Below are positions 21,158-31,138 of a stretch of DNA of 64,000 nucleotides, piece by piece. Both the position numbers and the translations under genes were made by a program. Positions within the stretch are counted from its first letter, which is position 1, and each line of letters opens with the position of its first letter. Source of the DNA: Hormoscilla sp. (GTDB taxonomy: Bacteria; Cyanobacteriota; Cyanobacteriia; Cyanobacteriales; Desertifilaceae); the NCBI GenBank assembly GCA_051439505.1, contig JBFRWI010000145.1, positions 1 to 64,000 of the forward strand, written 5' to 3'. The notes under the pieces were generated by a model. It searched no databases and was not told the DNA's origin. It worked only from the letters and a program-made list of their open reading frames with translations.

Positions 21158-22101
21158 CTGACTGCTGATAGCTGGGGCTGCAACTGTGACGGGTAAAGGG
21201 TTTTAACCAACTGTCGGAAATGGCGAATAGGGGGAATCTGAAGCCGAGCGCGGGTGGTGACCAATACCACTTGACGGGTCAATGCTGGAGATGATATGGG
21301 ATCTTGAGGCTCGGAGGCGATCGCTCTTACTGCCAGTGTGGGGTCAAGGCGTGCCTGTATCAAGGCCGATCGGGGTAACATGGCAATCAATTCTCCTTGC
21401 CTGACTACGCTTTGAAAGGGATCAAGGGTATTTAATTCCAAAACTGCCTTGAAGGTAAGATTTTGTCTCAAGAAGGCTTCTTGCACCAGTCGTCGCATAC
21501 CATAGCCATCCTTAAATACTACTTGTGGTTGGGAGGCTAATAAATTCATTGACAGAAGTTCATGCTGGGCCAGGGGATGATTCGAGGCCATCAATAGCTC
21601 AATGGGCTCGGAGAATAGCAGATCTACTACCATCTCGGAACTGACGGTTAAGAAGCGATTTTGCATGACGATCGCCACATCTACCATGCCGTCCTTGAGC
21701 ACTTTCAGCGCCCGATCGCTCCCCAATGACGTAACTCGCAACTGCACTTCTGGGTAGTCTCAACAAAATGAGAGCAACACTGGCGGTAAAGCGTTGGCGC
21801 AGATCGAAGGAATTGCTCCTACACAGAGTTCTGGCTGTTTTCCTAGCTTAAATTGAGCTAATTCGGTAGTAGCAGCATCCCACTCTTGACAGATTTTGCG
21901 GGCTCTCTTCAAGAACATTTCTCCCCCGATAGTTAATTTGGCCGAGGATCCCCTATGAAACAGTGGCATTCCCAAGTAATCTTCTAGTCTTTGAATCTGG
22001 CGGCTAATGGTCGATTGCGTTACCCCACAATTTTTCGCCGCCTGCTGAAAGTTACCGGTTTCGGCAACAGCCAAAAAAGCTTGTAATTGCTCAACTCGCA
22101 T
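21154..22101 (-). pseudogene. ntcB: LysR-type nitrate assimilation regulator NtcB with in-frame TGA
   Basis: MRVEQLQAFLAVAETGNF...GKQPELC...FC*DYPEVQLRVTSLGSDRALKVLKDG...PQVVFKDGYGM; stop at 21760-21762, both halves in frame. Confidence 0.88.
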
Positions 22102-22135
22102 GGTTATGTAGCCTGGACTACATCGATTTATTATG

Positions 22136-22177
22136 ACTTTAGCGCAGTCGGAAATAAGTTTTGTACCCGTCGATACA
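22136..22177 (-). promoter_or_regulatory. NtcA-activated promoter of ntcB
   Basis: TGTA-N8-TACA at 22162-22177, followed on the minus strand after 21 nt by TAAAGT (TAN3T). Confidence 0.75.
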
Positions 22178-22214
22178 ACCGATCGGATAGTTGATGATGA
22201 ATAGTAATTAGTAT

Positions 22215-24002
22215 TCAAGCCGAGATCACCCGATCGCGCCCAGAGGCTTTAGCCCGGTAAAGTGCGGTATCGGCGGCGGCTATGATTGCCTGTAGGGTAA
22301 GACCATGTTCTGGAAAGCAAGCGACGCCAAAGGAACTGGTGATGCTACCCAGCAGCTGACCGTCATGTTCGATTCGCAAAGACTTAATTCCCGATCGCAG
22401 CATCTGGGCTCGTTGTATGGTATAATCTAGAGTCGCTTCGGGAATGATGACGATAAACTCCTCACCGCCGTAGCGACAAGCCAAGTCTTTACCGCGAATA
22501 TTCCGATTCAAAAACCGCCCCACTTCTCGCAGCACGGTATCCCCAGCTTGGTGACCGAAGGTGTCATTAAATCGCTTAAAATGGTCAACATCCAGCAGGA
22601 TCATTCCTAAAGAATTTTGGGAACCTTTGGCTCTTTCGATTTCCCGTGCAGCGGTTTCTTCCAGGTAACGCCGATTAAACAATCCTGTCAGGGGGTCTTG
22701 AATACTCTGGGTGCGCAGGGTTTCCCGCAGTCTCAAGTTCGCCAAGGCCAGGGTAATGTGTTCGGCTACGCTGACTGCTAACCGCTCAGTGTCGGGGGTT
22801 AATTGCCCCGACTCTAGGGAACTCAAATATAATAGACCAATTGATTCTCCCTGCATCATCATCGGTAGGCAGCAATGTTGCCGACTATCGGATGACGGGT
22901 GCAGATGTTGACAGAGCAATTGTGCGAGTTCTTCATTTGTTCTCTGCTGCTTTTGTCCACACCATCCCTTCAGGACAAACTGCTTTTCCTTGACGATTGG
23001 TAAATTGCCCCATGTGGCCACTACTTCAATGAGATTTTTTTCGGCTTCAATGGCAAATACTCCACCCACTAAACCTGGAAACAGAAGCGATATTTTTTGG
23101 GCAATGACGGTGTAAGCTTCCGACAAGGTGAAGCAAGCTTGCAGTAACTGAGACAGTTCCGTTAGCAACTGCATCTCGCGGTTGCGCTGTTCTAATTTCT
23201 TGACCGAGGTGGTGAGTTGGGAGTTGGCCTGTTGTAATGCTGCTTCCATCCGCTTGCGTTCGGTAATGTCTCGACCGATATAGAGCCGGTTTTTTAAGTC
23301 CGCTATGTCACTGTCAATGATGGCACAAGAAAAAGCTACGGAAATTTGTTCTCCGGTTTTTTTCCGACACTGCACTTCTACATATTGCTCTTCTTTGAGA
23401 TTTTTGCTGACAGTTTGAATCCATTCTGTTTCAGTAATTATCAATGAAATCGGTTGTCTAATTAATTCAGATTCGCTATAGCCAAACATTTCGATAGTCG
23501 CTTGATTGACTGTTTTTATATTTCCCGATATATTGGTCACTAATAAAGCATCTGCCATTGACCGGATCAGTTGCTCTATATAAGTTTGATTTGCTGTAAT
23601 GGTACTCAGTAATAAATTAGCTCGGTTGGAACTTTGGACTAATTTCTGTTTCATTTCCATGGTTTCTGTAACATCATTAAACAAAACAAGCAGCCCTCCT
23701 TCTTCATTGTTATTCAGTACCGAGATGTCGAAATATATCGGAGAGTCCCGATCGCCTTTACGAGAAATGCATTGTAATTCAAAACTCATCTGCTGTCCTG
23801 ACATAACCTCTTGCAGAGACTTTTCTGACCCGAATAGTTCTGGAAAGCCTTCTCTGACATCTTTTCCCAGATCGATTTCTTCAGGTAACTCTGCTAATAG
23901 CTTCACTCCCGATGATATTTCCAGGATCCTTAAGTCCCGATCTACTTTTAAGTATTCCATGTCCCGTTGAGATAATAATTTTTGCCACAGGGGGATATTC
24001 AT
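22215..24002 (-). CDS. PAS-PAS-GAF-GGDEF diguanylate cyclase
   Basis: DPLTGLFNRRY, DVDHFKRFNDTFGH, RGKD I-site, RYGGEEF active site. Confidence 0.92.
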   Translation of the reverse strand: MNIPLWQKLLSQRDMEYLKVDRDLRILEISSGVKLLAELPEEIDLGKDVREGFPELFGSEKSLQEVMSGQQMSFELQCISRKGDRDSPIYFDISVLNNNEEGGLLVLFNDVTETMEMKQKLVQSSNRANLLLSTITANQTYIEQLIRSMADALLVTNISGNIKTVNQATIEMFGYSESELIRQPISLIITETEWIQTVSKNLKEEQYVEVQCRKKTGEQISVAFSCAIIDSDIADLKNRLYIGRDITERKRMEAALQQANSQLTTSVKKLEQRNREMQLLTELSQLLQACFTLSEAYTVIAQKISLLFPGLVGGVFAIEAEKNLIEVVATWGNLPIVKEKQFVLKGWCGQKQQRTNEELAQLLCQHLHPSSDSRQHCCLPMMMQGESIGLLYLSSLESGQLTPDTERLAVSVAEHITLALANLRLRETLRTQSIQDPLTGLFNRRYLEETAAREIERAKGSQNSLGMILLDVDHFKRFNDTFGHQAGDTVLREVGRFLNRNIRGKDLACRYGGEEFIVIIPEATLDYTIQRAQMLRSGIKSLRIEHDGQLLGSITSSFGVACFPEHGLTLQAIIAAADTALYRAKASGRDRVISA

Positions 24003-24009
24003 TGTCAGT

Positions 24010-24525
24010 TCAGGGGAGTTCTATCAGTCTCTGAGCTAAGGTTTCAAAAATTAGGTCCACGTCTTGGCCTGTTTTGGCAGAGGTTGCATAGGTGGCTAAG
24101 ACTTGCTGCTGGTCCTTAAACTGGATTCTGTCAAGCAATTCGGCAACTTCCAAGGGGTCAAATAGGTCTGCCTTGTTCAATGATACAATAATTAACCCTT
24201 CAGGATTAATTGATAAAAAGCGCTGAATATGATCTGCTAGCCCCTCCAGAGTTTCTCTACGACTAAGATCGGCAACTATTACGGCTCCCATTGCTCCTTG
24301 CAAATAGGTTGGGACGATCGCCTGAAATTTGGTACTGCCTTCTAAATCCCAGATTAGCATGCGGACGTTCACTTGTGGTAATTCCAGTGTCTTGCGGGAA
24401 ATTTTTACCCCGACGTTGGACAGATATTCGTCGCTGAACTGACGTTCGACAAAGCGGCGAATTAGGCTAGTTTTGCCGACCCCGTAGTCGCCTACTAAGC
24501 AGATTTTTTGTGTTATTGTTTCCAT
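24010..24525 (-). CDS. Rab-like (Ras-superfamily) small GTPase
   Basis: 171 aa; G1 GDYGVGKTS, G3 WDLEG, G4 NKAD, G5 TSAK. Confidence 0.9.
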   Translation of the reverse strand: METITQKICLVGDYGVGKTSLIRRFVERQFSDEYLSNVGVKISRKTLELPQVNVRMLIWDLEGSTKFQAIVPTYLQGAMGAVIVADLSRRETLEGLADHIQRFLSINPEGLIIVSLNKADLFDPLEVAELLDRIQFKDQQQVLATYATSAKTGQDVDLIFETLAQRLIELP

Positions 24526-24603
24526 GATTATGCTCCCGTTGCTCCCGGCGCGATCGGATCGACGATCGCAATTATAGCATGGGTGAGTCCGAATCTACTT
24601 TAT

Positions 24604-26430
24604 TTATCTCTCAGGGGGGAGCGAAAGATCTATAATTGCCGATTTAACTCCGGGTATTTGCTGTAATGCTTGGACGATATTCTCGGCCTCAGTTCTGTTC
24701 GCTACAACTCCGGTTACCGTTACTTGTCCGTCTGCATAGTTAGTGGTAATGGCAATGCCATCTATCTGATTGAGCAGGAGCGTGATTCGATGCAGTTCCG
24801 CTGCTGTTTGCTTCGCATCTGGCGGTACTTCCACGGCCAAGAGCTGATTTTCTAACTCTCGGGTGGGTGCAGCTGCCCTGGCGATCGCTTCTGCTTGTCT
24901 GCGCAGATCCTCAGAAGGCACCCTTCCTTTTAGCTTCAGGTTGCTCCTATTCACTTCCACATCCAGACGATAAACTGATAAGGATGGCGCCGCTGCTAAG
25001 GCATCGGCAACTTGGGCCTCAAGACGGCGATCGACTCCATTGCGATATTGATGAATTCCCCAAGGGAGGGCAATTAATGCTGCTAGGGCCAATCCGATCG
25101 CCTTGAGTACAGGAGACTGTTGAGGCCCTACCTTTGACTCCTTACTTATAACTAACTCTTGAAGTTGCTGATGCAATTGCTGGGGTATTGTCTCTGCTTT
25201 CCCCTTAAATTCCTCTATGGATTGACCGTAATTCAGGAGGATTTCGGATAATGTTTGCCGCATTTTCTGAATAAATTGCTTGGATTCTTCTCCCTCAATT
25301 ACTACTGCTAGATAGCAGGAACCCGCTACTTCTAGGATTATTTTGTCATTGCCATAGTTGATCTCATCTATTTCCGAGTCTTTGCCTGACTGAGCGAAAT
25401 ATTCTCCGACAAAGCTGCGGATCGCTGTTAGCATTCCTGCCACTAGATCTGATTCTAGTCGCGGACCTTCTGGCTGTTGCACTTCGGATATTACTATACC
25501 AGACGCTTTGTGTATCAAGAAGATGGCCCGGGTACTAAATGAAATCTCCTCGGCCAGCATTAGTTCTGCTTCGGAGACTCCTTGCAGTTTGGCCCGGATC
25601 TTCCTTTCTATCCCTTTTAGGGTTAAGGCATTTTCGATCTTCCGATTGATGTCCCGAATTGTTTCGCCGATGTATTTGCCGATTGTATTCCCTATTATCG
25701 GATACAGGGCATCTATCATCGCCGTCCGCTCCAGTTTGATCTGCTTTTTCACCGCTGTTGCTATTTCTGGCGCGATCGCATTTGCCACTTCTTCTGGAGC
25801 CGCTTTCATCTGTTGGGTAATTGCTGGCGATATTACTGGCGCGATCGCTGCACTCATGGACTCTTTATCCTGTAGGATCTTATTCTGAATCATTTCATCG
25901 ATCAGGGGCGACAGGGCTTTCACCATTGCGTCGCGATCTAACCGATTTTGTTCTTGCACTGCGCTGGCTATTTCTGGCGCGATCGCCTGGGCTATTTCCA
26001 GCGGCGATTCTTTGATATATTCTGATATTGCTCTGCTAACTATCGGTACTATTGACGCTTCCATTTCCTCCTTGTTTTCCCTCGTTCTGCCCGACATCGC
26101 TTTCCCTATTGCTGGGGCGATCGCCTCACTCATTTCCTGTTTCATCTGCTGTAGATTTTCCTTTATCCTTGCTTCTACTAGCATAGCGATCTTCTTTTTG
26201 AGGCCCTTCATCTCCTCTGCTACCTGGTTTGACAGCATCTCCTGCCAAAGCGGCTCCATACTCCTTTTTATCTCTTCTCGATCGTTAATCTTCTGCTCGA
26301 TTCTGGCAAGGTTTTGTTGGATTTTTTCAATTTCTTCCTCCCAGGCAAATATTTCCTGCGGGACCAGAAGCTGTTGTAGCTGTTCGAGAGGAGTAACAAT
26401 ATCGTTTCTTTTCTGCTGAGAATTACGCAT
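24604..26430 (-). CDS. Membrane protein: coiled coil, AIAP repeats, longin/roadblock-like domain, TM, BON domains
   Basis: 608 aa; paralog of 26725-30189 lacking OmpA; TM IGLALAALIALPW, BON-like LKLKGRVPSE and VTVTGVV. Confidence 0.8.
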   Translation of the reverse strand: MRNSQQKRNDIVTPLEQLQQLLVPQEIFAWEEEIEKIQQNLARIEQKINDREEIKRSMEPLWQEMLSNQVAEEMKGLKKKIAMLVEARIKENLQQMKQEMSEAIAPAIGKAMSGRTRENKEEMEASIVPIVSRAISEYIKESPLEIAQAIAPEIASAVQEQNRLDRDAMVKALSPLIDEMIQNKILQDKESMSAAIAPVISPAITQQMKAAPEEVANAIAPEIATAVKKQIKLERTAMIDALYPIIGNTIGKYIGETIRDINRKIENALTLKGIERKIRAKLQGVSEAELMLAEEISFSTRAIFLIHKASGIVISEVQQPEGPRLESDLVAGMLTAIRSFVGEYFAQSGKDSEIDEINYGNDKIILEVAGSCYLAVVIEGEESKQFIQKMRQTLSEILLNYGQSIEEFKGKAETIPQQLHQQLQELVISKESKVGPQQSPVLKAIGLALAALIALPWGIHQYRNGVDRRLEAQVADALAAAPSLSVYRLDVEVNRSNLKLKGRVPSEDLRRQAEAIARAAAPTRELENQLLAVEVPPDAKQTAAELHRITLLLNQIDGIAITTNYADGQVTVTGVVANRTEAENIVQALQQIPGVKSAIIDLSLPPER

Positions 26431-26724
26431 ATCTGCTATTGCCTCGCCTATACGCTGCCCTTACATTTAAGTTTTTTTCAACTGCCTCAGCTTAATAGCC
26501 CCAGGGCCCCTCAGGGATGCTGACTGCTGACTGGGCCTCGCGATCTGCTGACATTGTTTTCACCTGAGCGATGATAACATATTATAGATGTTATCATCCA
26601 GAAAAGCTGATGCTACCCTGGAAGCTATGGTTACGGAGATCGGCCTGTTTGGGATACCGGTGGGGGCGATCGCCACGAACTGATGGTGCAATTAACCACA
26701 CATGATTAACCTTTCAGCAGATAA

Positions 26725-29700
26725 TTATTGACCGTTTTCACCGGAGACGATCGGATAAAAGACTACGGCCCTTCTCAACCAGAGTGGCCCATTCGTATCT
26801 ACATCTAAAGGGGCATGGGTTTTCCCAACTGCTTCGGTGCGTTTGGGATCGATGCCTTGAGTCTCTAGGATATTTTTCACGGCCAAGGCCCGCCGCTCTG
26901 CTAATTGTTGATTTTCTCCAGAATCCTTGATATTATCTATATAACCGACGATCCGTAAATGCATTTGGGGATATCGCATCATCAATTCCTTGATGGGGGC
27001 GATTTTTATATTTACATCCACGGGTCTGATCTTTGCAGAACCTTTGGTAAAGTAAAGCCTGGTGGTAATTGTCAGCGGTTTTACTTGAATGGTGTTGGCG
27101 ATCGACTTAACTCCGGGTATTTGCTCAAATGCCTGGGTAATTTTATGGGCATCATTTTTCTGAATTACAACTCCATTTACTATAACTTTACCTGCTTGAT
27201 ATTCAGCGCTAATGTCAATAGCATCCATCTGATTGAGAGTGGCGGCGACTCTACGCACTTCCTGTTCTACCTCTACTGGATCTGGAGGAATTTCCACAGC
27301 GATGATGTTATTTTCTAATTCTAAGTTGCCAGCAGCTTCCCGGGCGATTTTTTCAGCTTTTTTTTGCAAATACTCCGAAGGCACCCGTCCTGTTAGTTTC
27401 AGCTTGCCGCGATCCACCTCGACATCTAGACGATAAATTGATAAGGATGGCGCTGCTGCTAAGGCATCGCTAACTTGGGCCGCAAGGCGGCGATCGACTC
27501 GATGGCGATGCCAATGCATTCCCCAGGGCACAGTAATTAATCCTGCTATGACTAAACTGAGGGTCAGGACTGTCCAAGGATATTTTTTACGTTTTGTTAA
27601 GCCCGGGTCTGTTGACATTAACCCTTCTAGGAGTTTGTGTACTTGCTGAGGGATGCTATCGGGGTCTCCTTCATAGGTCTGAATGGGTTTACTGTAATTT
27701 TGCAGGATCTCGGAGAATGTTTTCCGCATTTTCTCATAGAAAAAACTAGATGGTTCTCCATCAATAACTACTGCTAGGTAGCAGTATCCTGCCATTTCCA
27801 AGATGATTTTGTTCTTGCCATAGTTAATCTCATCGATCTCCGATACCCGATCGGACTGGGGTAGATATTCGCTGACAAAACTGCGGATCGCTGTTAGCAT
27901 TCCCGCTACCATCTCTGCTTCTAGTCTCTCCTGGAGTCCCGGTTGAATATCTGAGATAATCAGACCTGATGTTTTTTCAATTAGGAAGATGGCGCGGATG
28001 GTAAAGGGCATTTTCTCAGATAGTAGCAGTTCCGCTGCGGAGACTCCCTTAAGTCTGGCTCTAAACTGGCGCCAAATTGTCTTTGGCGTTAAGGCATTTT
28101 CGATATTTTCGTTGATTTCACGAATCGTTTCGGCGATGTATTTGCTAATGGTACTGCCTATTACTGGATAGAGGGCGTCGGCCATTGCTGGGTACTCTAG
28201 TCTGATCTGCTCTTTGATCGCTGCTGCAATTTCTGGCGCGATCGCCATCGCCACTTCTTCGGGTACTTCTTTAATTCTTTGGGAAATTGCTGGTGATATT
28301 ACTGGGGATATCGCTGCACTCATGGACAGTTTATCCTCTTGCGTCCTGCTCTCAATCATTCTATCTATCACCGGCGACAGCGCTTTCACGATCTCTTCTC
28401 GATCGACCCGATTTTTTTCTCCCACAACCTTAAATATCTCCGGGGCGATCGCCTGCACTACTTCTCTCGGATCTGCTTTGATATAGTCGGCAATTCCATC
28501 TCTTAAAACTGGCGATAGGGCCACATCCATTGATTGTTTATCTGATTGGATGCTCTGCCGGATTGTTTCTGCTATCATGGGAGAAAGTGCTGTTATCATC
28601 CCTGCGGAATCTATCTCGTTTTGCTGTTCGACGGCCCAGGCCAGTTTTGGGGCGATCGCCTCTGCTAGTTGTTCTGGAGAGTTGTTGATATATTCGGTAA
28701 TTGCCCCAGCAAGCAATTCCTTCACTGACCCATCTACCGCTCGCTCTATATCGGCAATTTTGCTATCTATGACTGACTCGACGCTGGGGGTAATGGCATT
28801 CACCATCGCTTCTTTGTCCAAGCGGGTTTGTGCCGCGATCGCCTGGGCCAGTTCCGGGGCGATCGCGCTGGCGAGTTCTGCGGGCGAGTTGCTGATATAT
28901 TCGGAAATGGCGGGATTGAATAATTCTGCGATCTCCCGCTCGATCTCCTGCTTGAGTTCGGGAGTTTTATATTTGATAATTAACTCGATGCTGGGCAGTA
29001 ATACTCTGACCATCTCTTTCTTATTCAGGCGCGTTTGCTCTTTAATTGCGCTTGCTAGTTCCGGGGCGATCGCCTGGGCCAGTTCCCCAGGAGAATTGCT
29101 GATATATTGGGAAATTGCTGCTTTCAGCACCGGGGATAGTGCTGCATCCATTGACTGCTTGTCTTCCGAGATGCTTTGAGCGATCGCTTCTGCTATCATG
29201 GGAGCAATAGCTGTTACCATCGCCTCCGAGTCTAGTTGATGCTGCTGAGTAATTGTCTGGGCCAGATGAGGGGCGATCGCGCCAGCGATCTCTGCGGGGG
29301 AGTTGCTGATATATTGGGAAATTGCTTCTTTGAGCACCGGGGATAGTGCTGCATCCATTGACTGCTGGTCTTCCGAGATGCTTTGAGCGATCGCTCCTGC
29401 GATCGTGGGAGCAATAGCTGTTACCATTGCCTCCGAGTCCAGTTGATGCTGCTGAGTAATGGTCTGGGCCAGATGAGGGGCGATCGCGCCAGCGATCTCT
29501 GTCGGTGAGTTGCTGATATATTTAGCAATTTCCTGCTTGAGAAAGTCTGACAGCGACCGATCGATTAACGCTTTCGCTTGGCTTATTTTCTCATCTATGA
29601 CGGTCTCGATAATTGGGGCCAGGGCCTTCACTATTCCTTCCCAGTCGAGGCGCGTTTGCTCCGAGATCGCTTTGGCAATTTCTGGAGCGATCGCCAGGGC

Positions 29701-30189
29701 AATTTCTGACGGGGCTTCCCTGATATTAATTTTAATTGCTTCTCCTAATAAAGGCGCGATCGCTGCACTCATAGCCTCCTTATCATTCTCGGTCTTTTTC
29801 TCAATGACCCGATCGATGACGAAAGCAAACACCTGAATGATTTCTTCTGAAGCTAGCTGACGAGTAATAGTGTGCAGGATCAGAGGCACCAAGCTCTTTC
29901 TTATCTCAATTGGATCGGGAATTCTCTGTTCGATCTCTCCTACTCTCTGTTCCAACTGATCGATTTGCGATTTTGGTTCCGAAAGTTCATTCGGTAGCAG
30001 TAACTGTCGCAACTGATTTAGTGCATCATCCTCTTGCTGCGCTTTTGCCCCATCTAGCTGGCTATCTTTTCTCCACGCCCTGCTCTCCTGGACAGAATGA
30101 ACCATACTGCCGATCGACCAATTTCCTAGCTCTGGCATCTGGCTGGATTTGCCCGGATCTGATTCTTGGTTATAATTATGTCTGGACAT
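26725..30189 (-). CDS. Membrane protein: about 8x69-aa helical repeats, longin/roadblock-like domain, TM, BON, OmpA-like C-terminus
   Basis: 1154 aa; C-terminal LYFTKGSAKI...LRIVGYID...NQQLAERRALAVK.IL...GI is OmpA-like. Confidence 0.82.
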   Translation of the reverse strand: MSRHNYNQESDPGKSSQMPELGNWSIGSMVHSVQESRAWRKDSQLDGAKAQQEDDALNQLRQLLLPNELSEPKSQIDQLEQRVGEIEQRIPDPIEIRKSLVPLILHTITRQLASEEIIQVFAFVIDRVIEKKTENDKEAMSAAIAPLLGEAIKINIREAPSEIALAIAPEIAKAISEQTRLDWEGIVKALAPIIETVIDEKISQAKALIDRSLSDFLKQEIAKYISNSPTEIAGAIAPHLAQTITQQHQLDSEAMVTAIAPTIAGAIAQSISEDQQSMDAALSPVLKEAISQYISNSPAEIAGAIAPHLAQTITQQHQLDSEAMVTAIAPMIAEAIAQSISEDKQSMDAALSPVLKAAISQYISNSPGELAQAIAPELASAIKEQTRLNKKEMVRVLLPSIELIIKYKTPELKQEIEREIAELFNPAISEYISNSPAELASAIAPELAQAIAAQTRLDKEAMVNAITPSVESVIDSKIADIERAVDGSVKELLAGAITEYINNSPEQLAEAIAPKLAWAVEQQNEIDSAGMITALSPMIAETIRQSIQSDKQSMDVALSPVLRDGIADYIKADPREVVQAIAPEIFKVVGEKNRVDREEIVKALSPVIDRMIESRTQEDKLSMSAAISPVISPAISQRIKEVPEEVAMAIAPEIAAAIKEQIRLEYPAMADALYPVIGSTISKYIAETIREINENIENALTPKTIWRQFRARLKGVSAAELLLSEKMPFTIRAIFLIEKTSGLIISDIQPGLQERLEAEMVAGMLTAIRSFVSEYLPQSDRVSEIDEINYGKNKIILEMAGYCYLAVVIDGEPSSFFYEKMRKTFSEILQNYSKPIQTYEGDPDSIPQQVHKLLEGLMSTDPGLTKRKKYPWTVLTLSLVIAGLITVPWGMHWHRHRVDRRLAAQVSDALAAAPSLSIYRLDVEVDRGKLKLTGRVPSEYLQKKAEKIAREAAGNLELENNIIAVEIPPDPVEVEQEVRRVAATLNQMDAIDISAEYQAGKVIVNGVVIQKNDAHKITQAFEQIPGVKSIANTIQVKPLTITTRLYFTKGSAKIRPVDVNIKIAPIKELMMRYPQMHLRIVGYIDNIKDSGENQQLAERRALAVKNILETQGIDPKRTEAVGKTHAPLDVDTNGPLWLRRAVVFYPIVSGENGQ

Positions 30190-30736
30190 TTTCTCAACCT
30201 GTAGATTTCCCTGATATTTAAATCATACGACCTTAGCAAAATTGCTTGCGATCGCTTGATTCCGACCTCCGCTTACCAGCTTTTGCTAAAATGTACGACT
30301 ATTTATAATATAACATCTCTCCTTGGCGATGTCAATGGGAACGGAGAGGATGTTGTCAATTTTCAACTGTCAGGTAAATTCAAATAATCAACAATTAGCC
30401 AGAATGCAGTGATGAATACTGACGATACCTGGGCCAGACAATCGGCAGACAAGCTGACTTACCGATCGCCGAATCGATCACTATTGCAGCGCGGCAGAAA
30501 TAATCCACCAGCCGGATAGTGCCTCAAAGCCTTGCTCCAAAAGCATTTTGAATGAGAGAATGAGAGAATGAGAGAATTCCGCGCAGCGGCACTACCCTTC
30601 CTCTGGACGAATTGGTAGCCCGTATCGCAACTATCATTTCCAACTCTTCGGTATTGGCATTCCGCCCAAAATTATTGAACAATATACTGATTATACTTAA
30701 ATATTCTGTAACTAAATATATAGCATTAATAAATTC

Positions 30737-30813
30737 GGCCTTGCACAACAACGGGATGATTCCGGTTGCGGGCTTGCTAGCAGCCGGAATCATCGGTGGA
30801 GTTGTGCAACGCC
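30737..30813. mobile_element. Miniature inverted-repeat element (GGCGTTGCACAA-type ends)
   Basis: Imperfect inverted termini of about 33 bp; the right end is identical over about 38 bp to the end at about 44137-44174. Confidence 0.65.
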
Positions 30814-30833
30814 AATTATTCTAATTCCGAAGG

Positions 30834-30986
30834 GGGTGTGGTCACAAGTAGTTGCATAAGGATCCCCCCCCAACCCCCCCCTTCGGAAGGGGGGGGCTGT
30901 CTTCGCCCCCCTTTCTAAGGGGGGTTTGGGGGGATCGGTGCGACCGGGAGGGCCGCCCGAACGATCAACTGTTTTTGACCACACCC
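30834..30986. mobile_element. MITE with GGGTGTGGTCA terminal inverted repeats and 9-bp TSD
   Basis: TTCCGAAGG at 30825-30833 and 30987-30995; internal poly-G/poly-C hairpins. Confidence 0.85.
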
Positions 30987-31138
30987 TTCCGAAGGTAGAT
31001 TAGCGATCGGGGATTATTTGCGATCCGATCGAACTCTTGGTCAAGTTTGGGCCTCTGCTACTCCAAACGGGATTTCCAATAACCCGGTTCTCAGTGAAGA
31101 TGCATTACTGCCAAGATGATTATGTTCTGACATCGCCC

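Noticed and set aside
4135..22101. Stop-codon reassignment explaining the in-frame stops
   Set aside because: The stops differ (TAA, TAA, TGA) and intact genes terminate normally with the same codons.
25508..29836. Long plus-strand ORFs opposite the BON/OmpA genes (and similar shadows over mutS2, ppc and the FHA gene)
   Set aside because: Antisense shadows of repetitive coding sequence with no protein motifs.
30524..30824. ORFs 30524..30793 and 30612..30824
   Set aside because: They overlap a MITE and AT-rich sequence; no family recognised.
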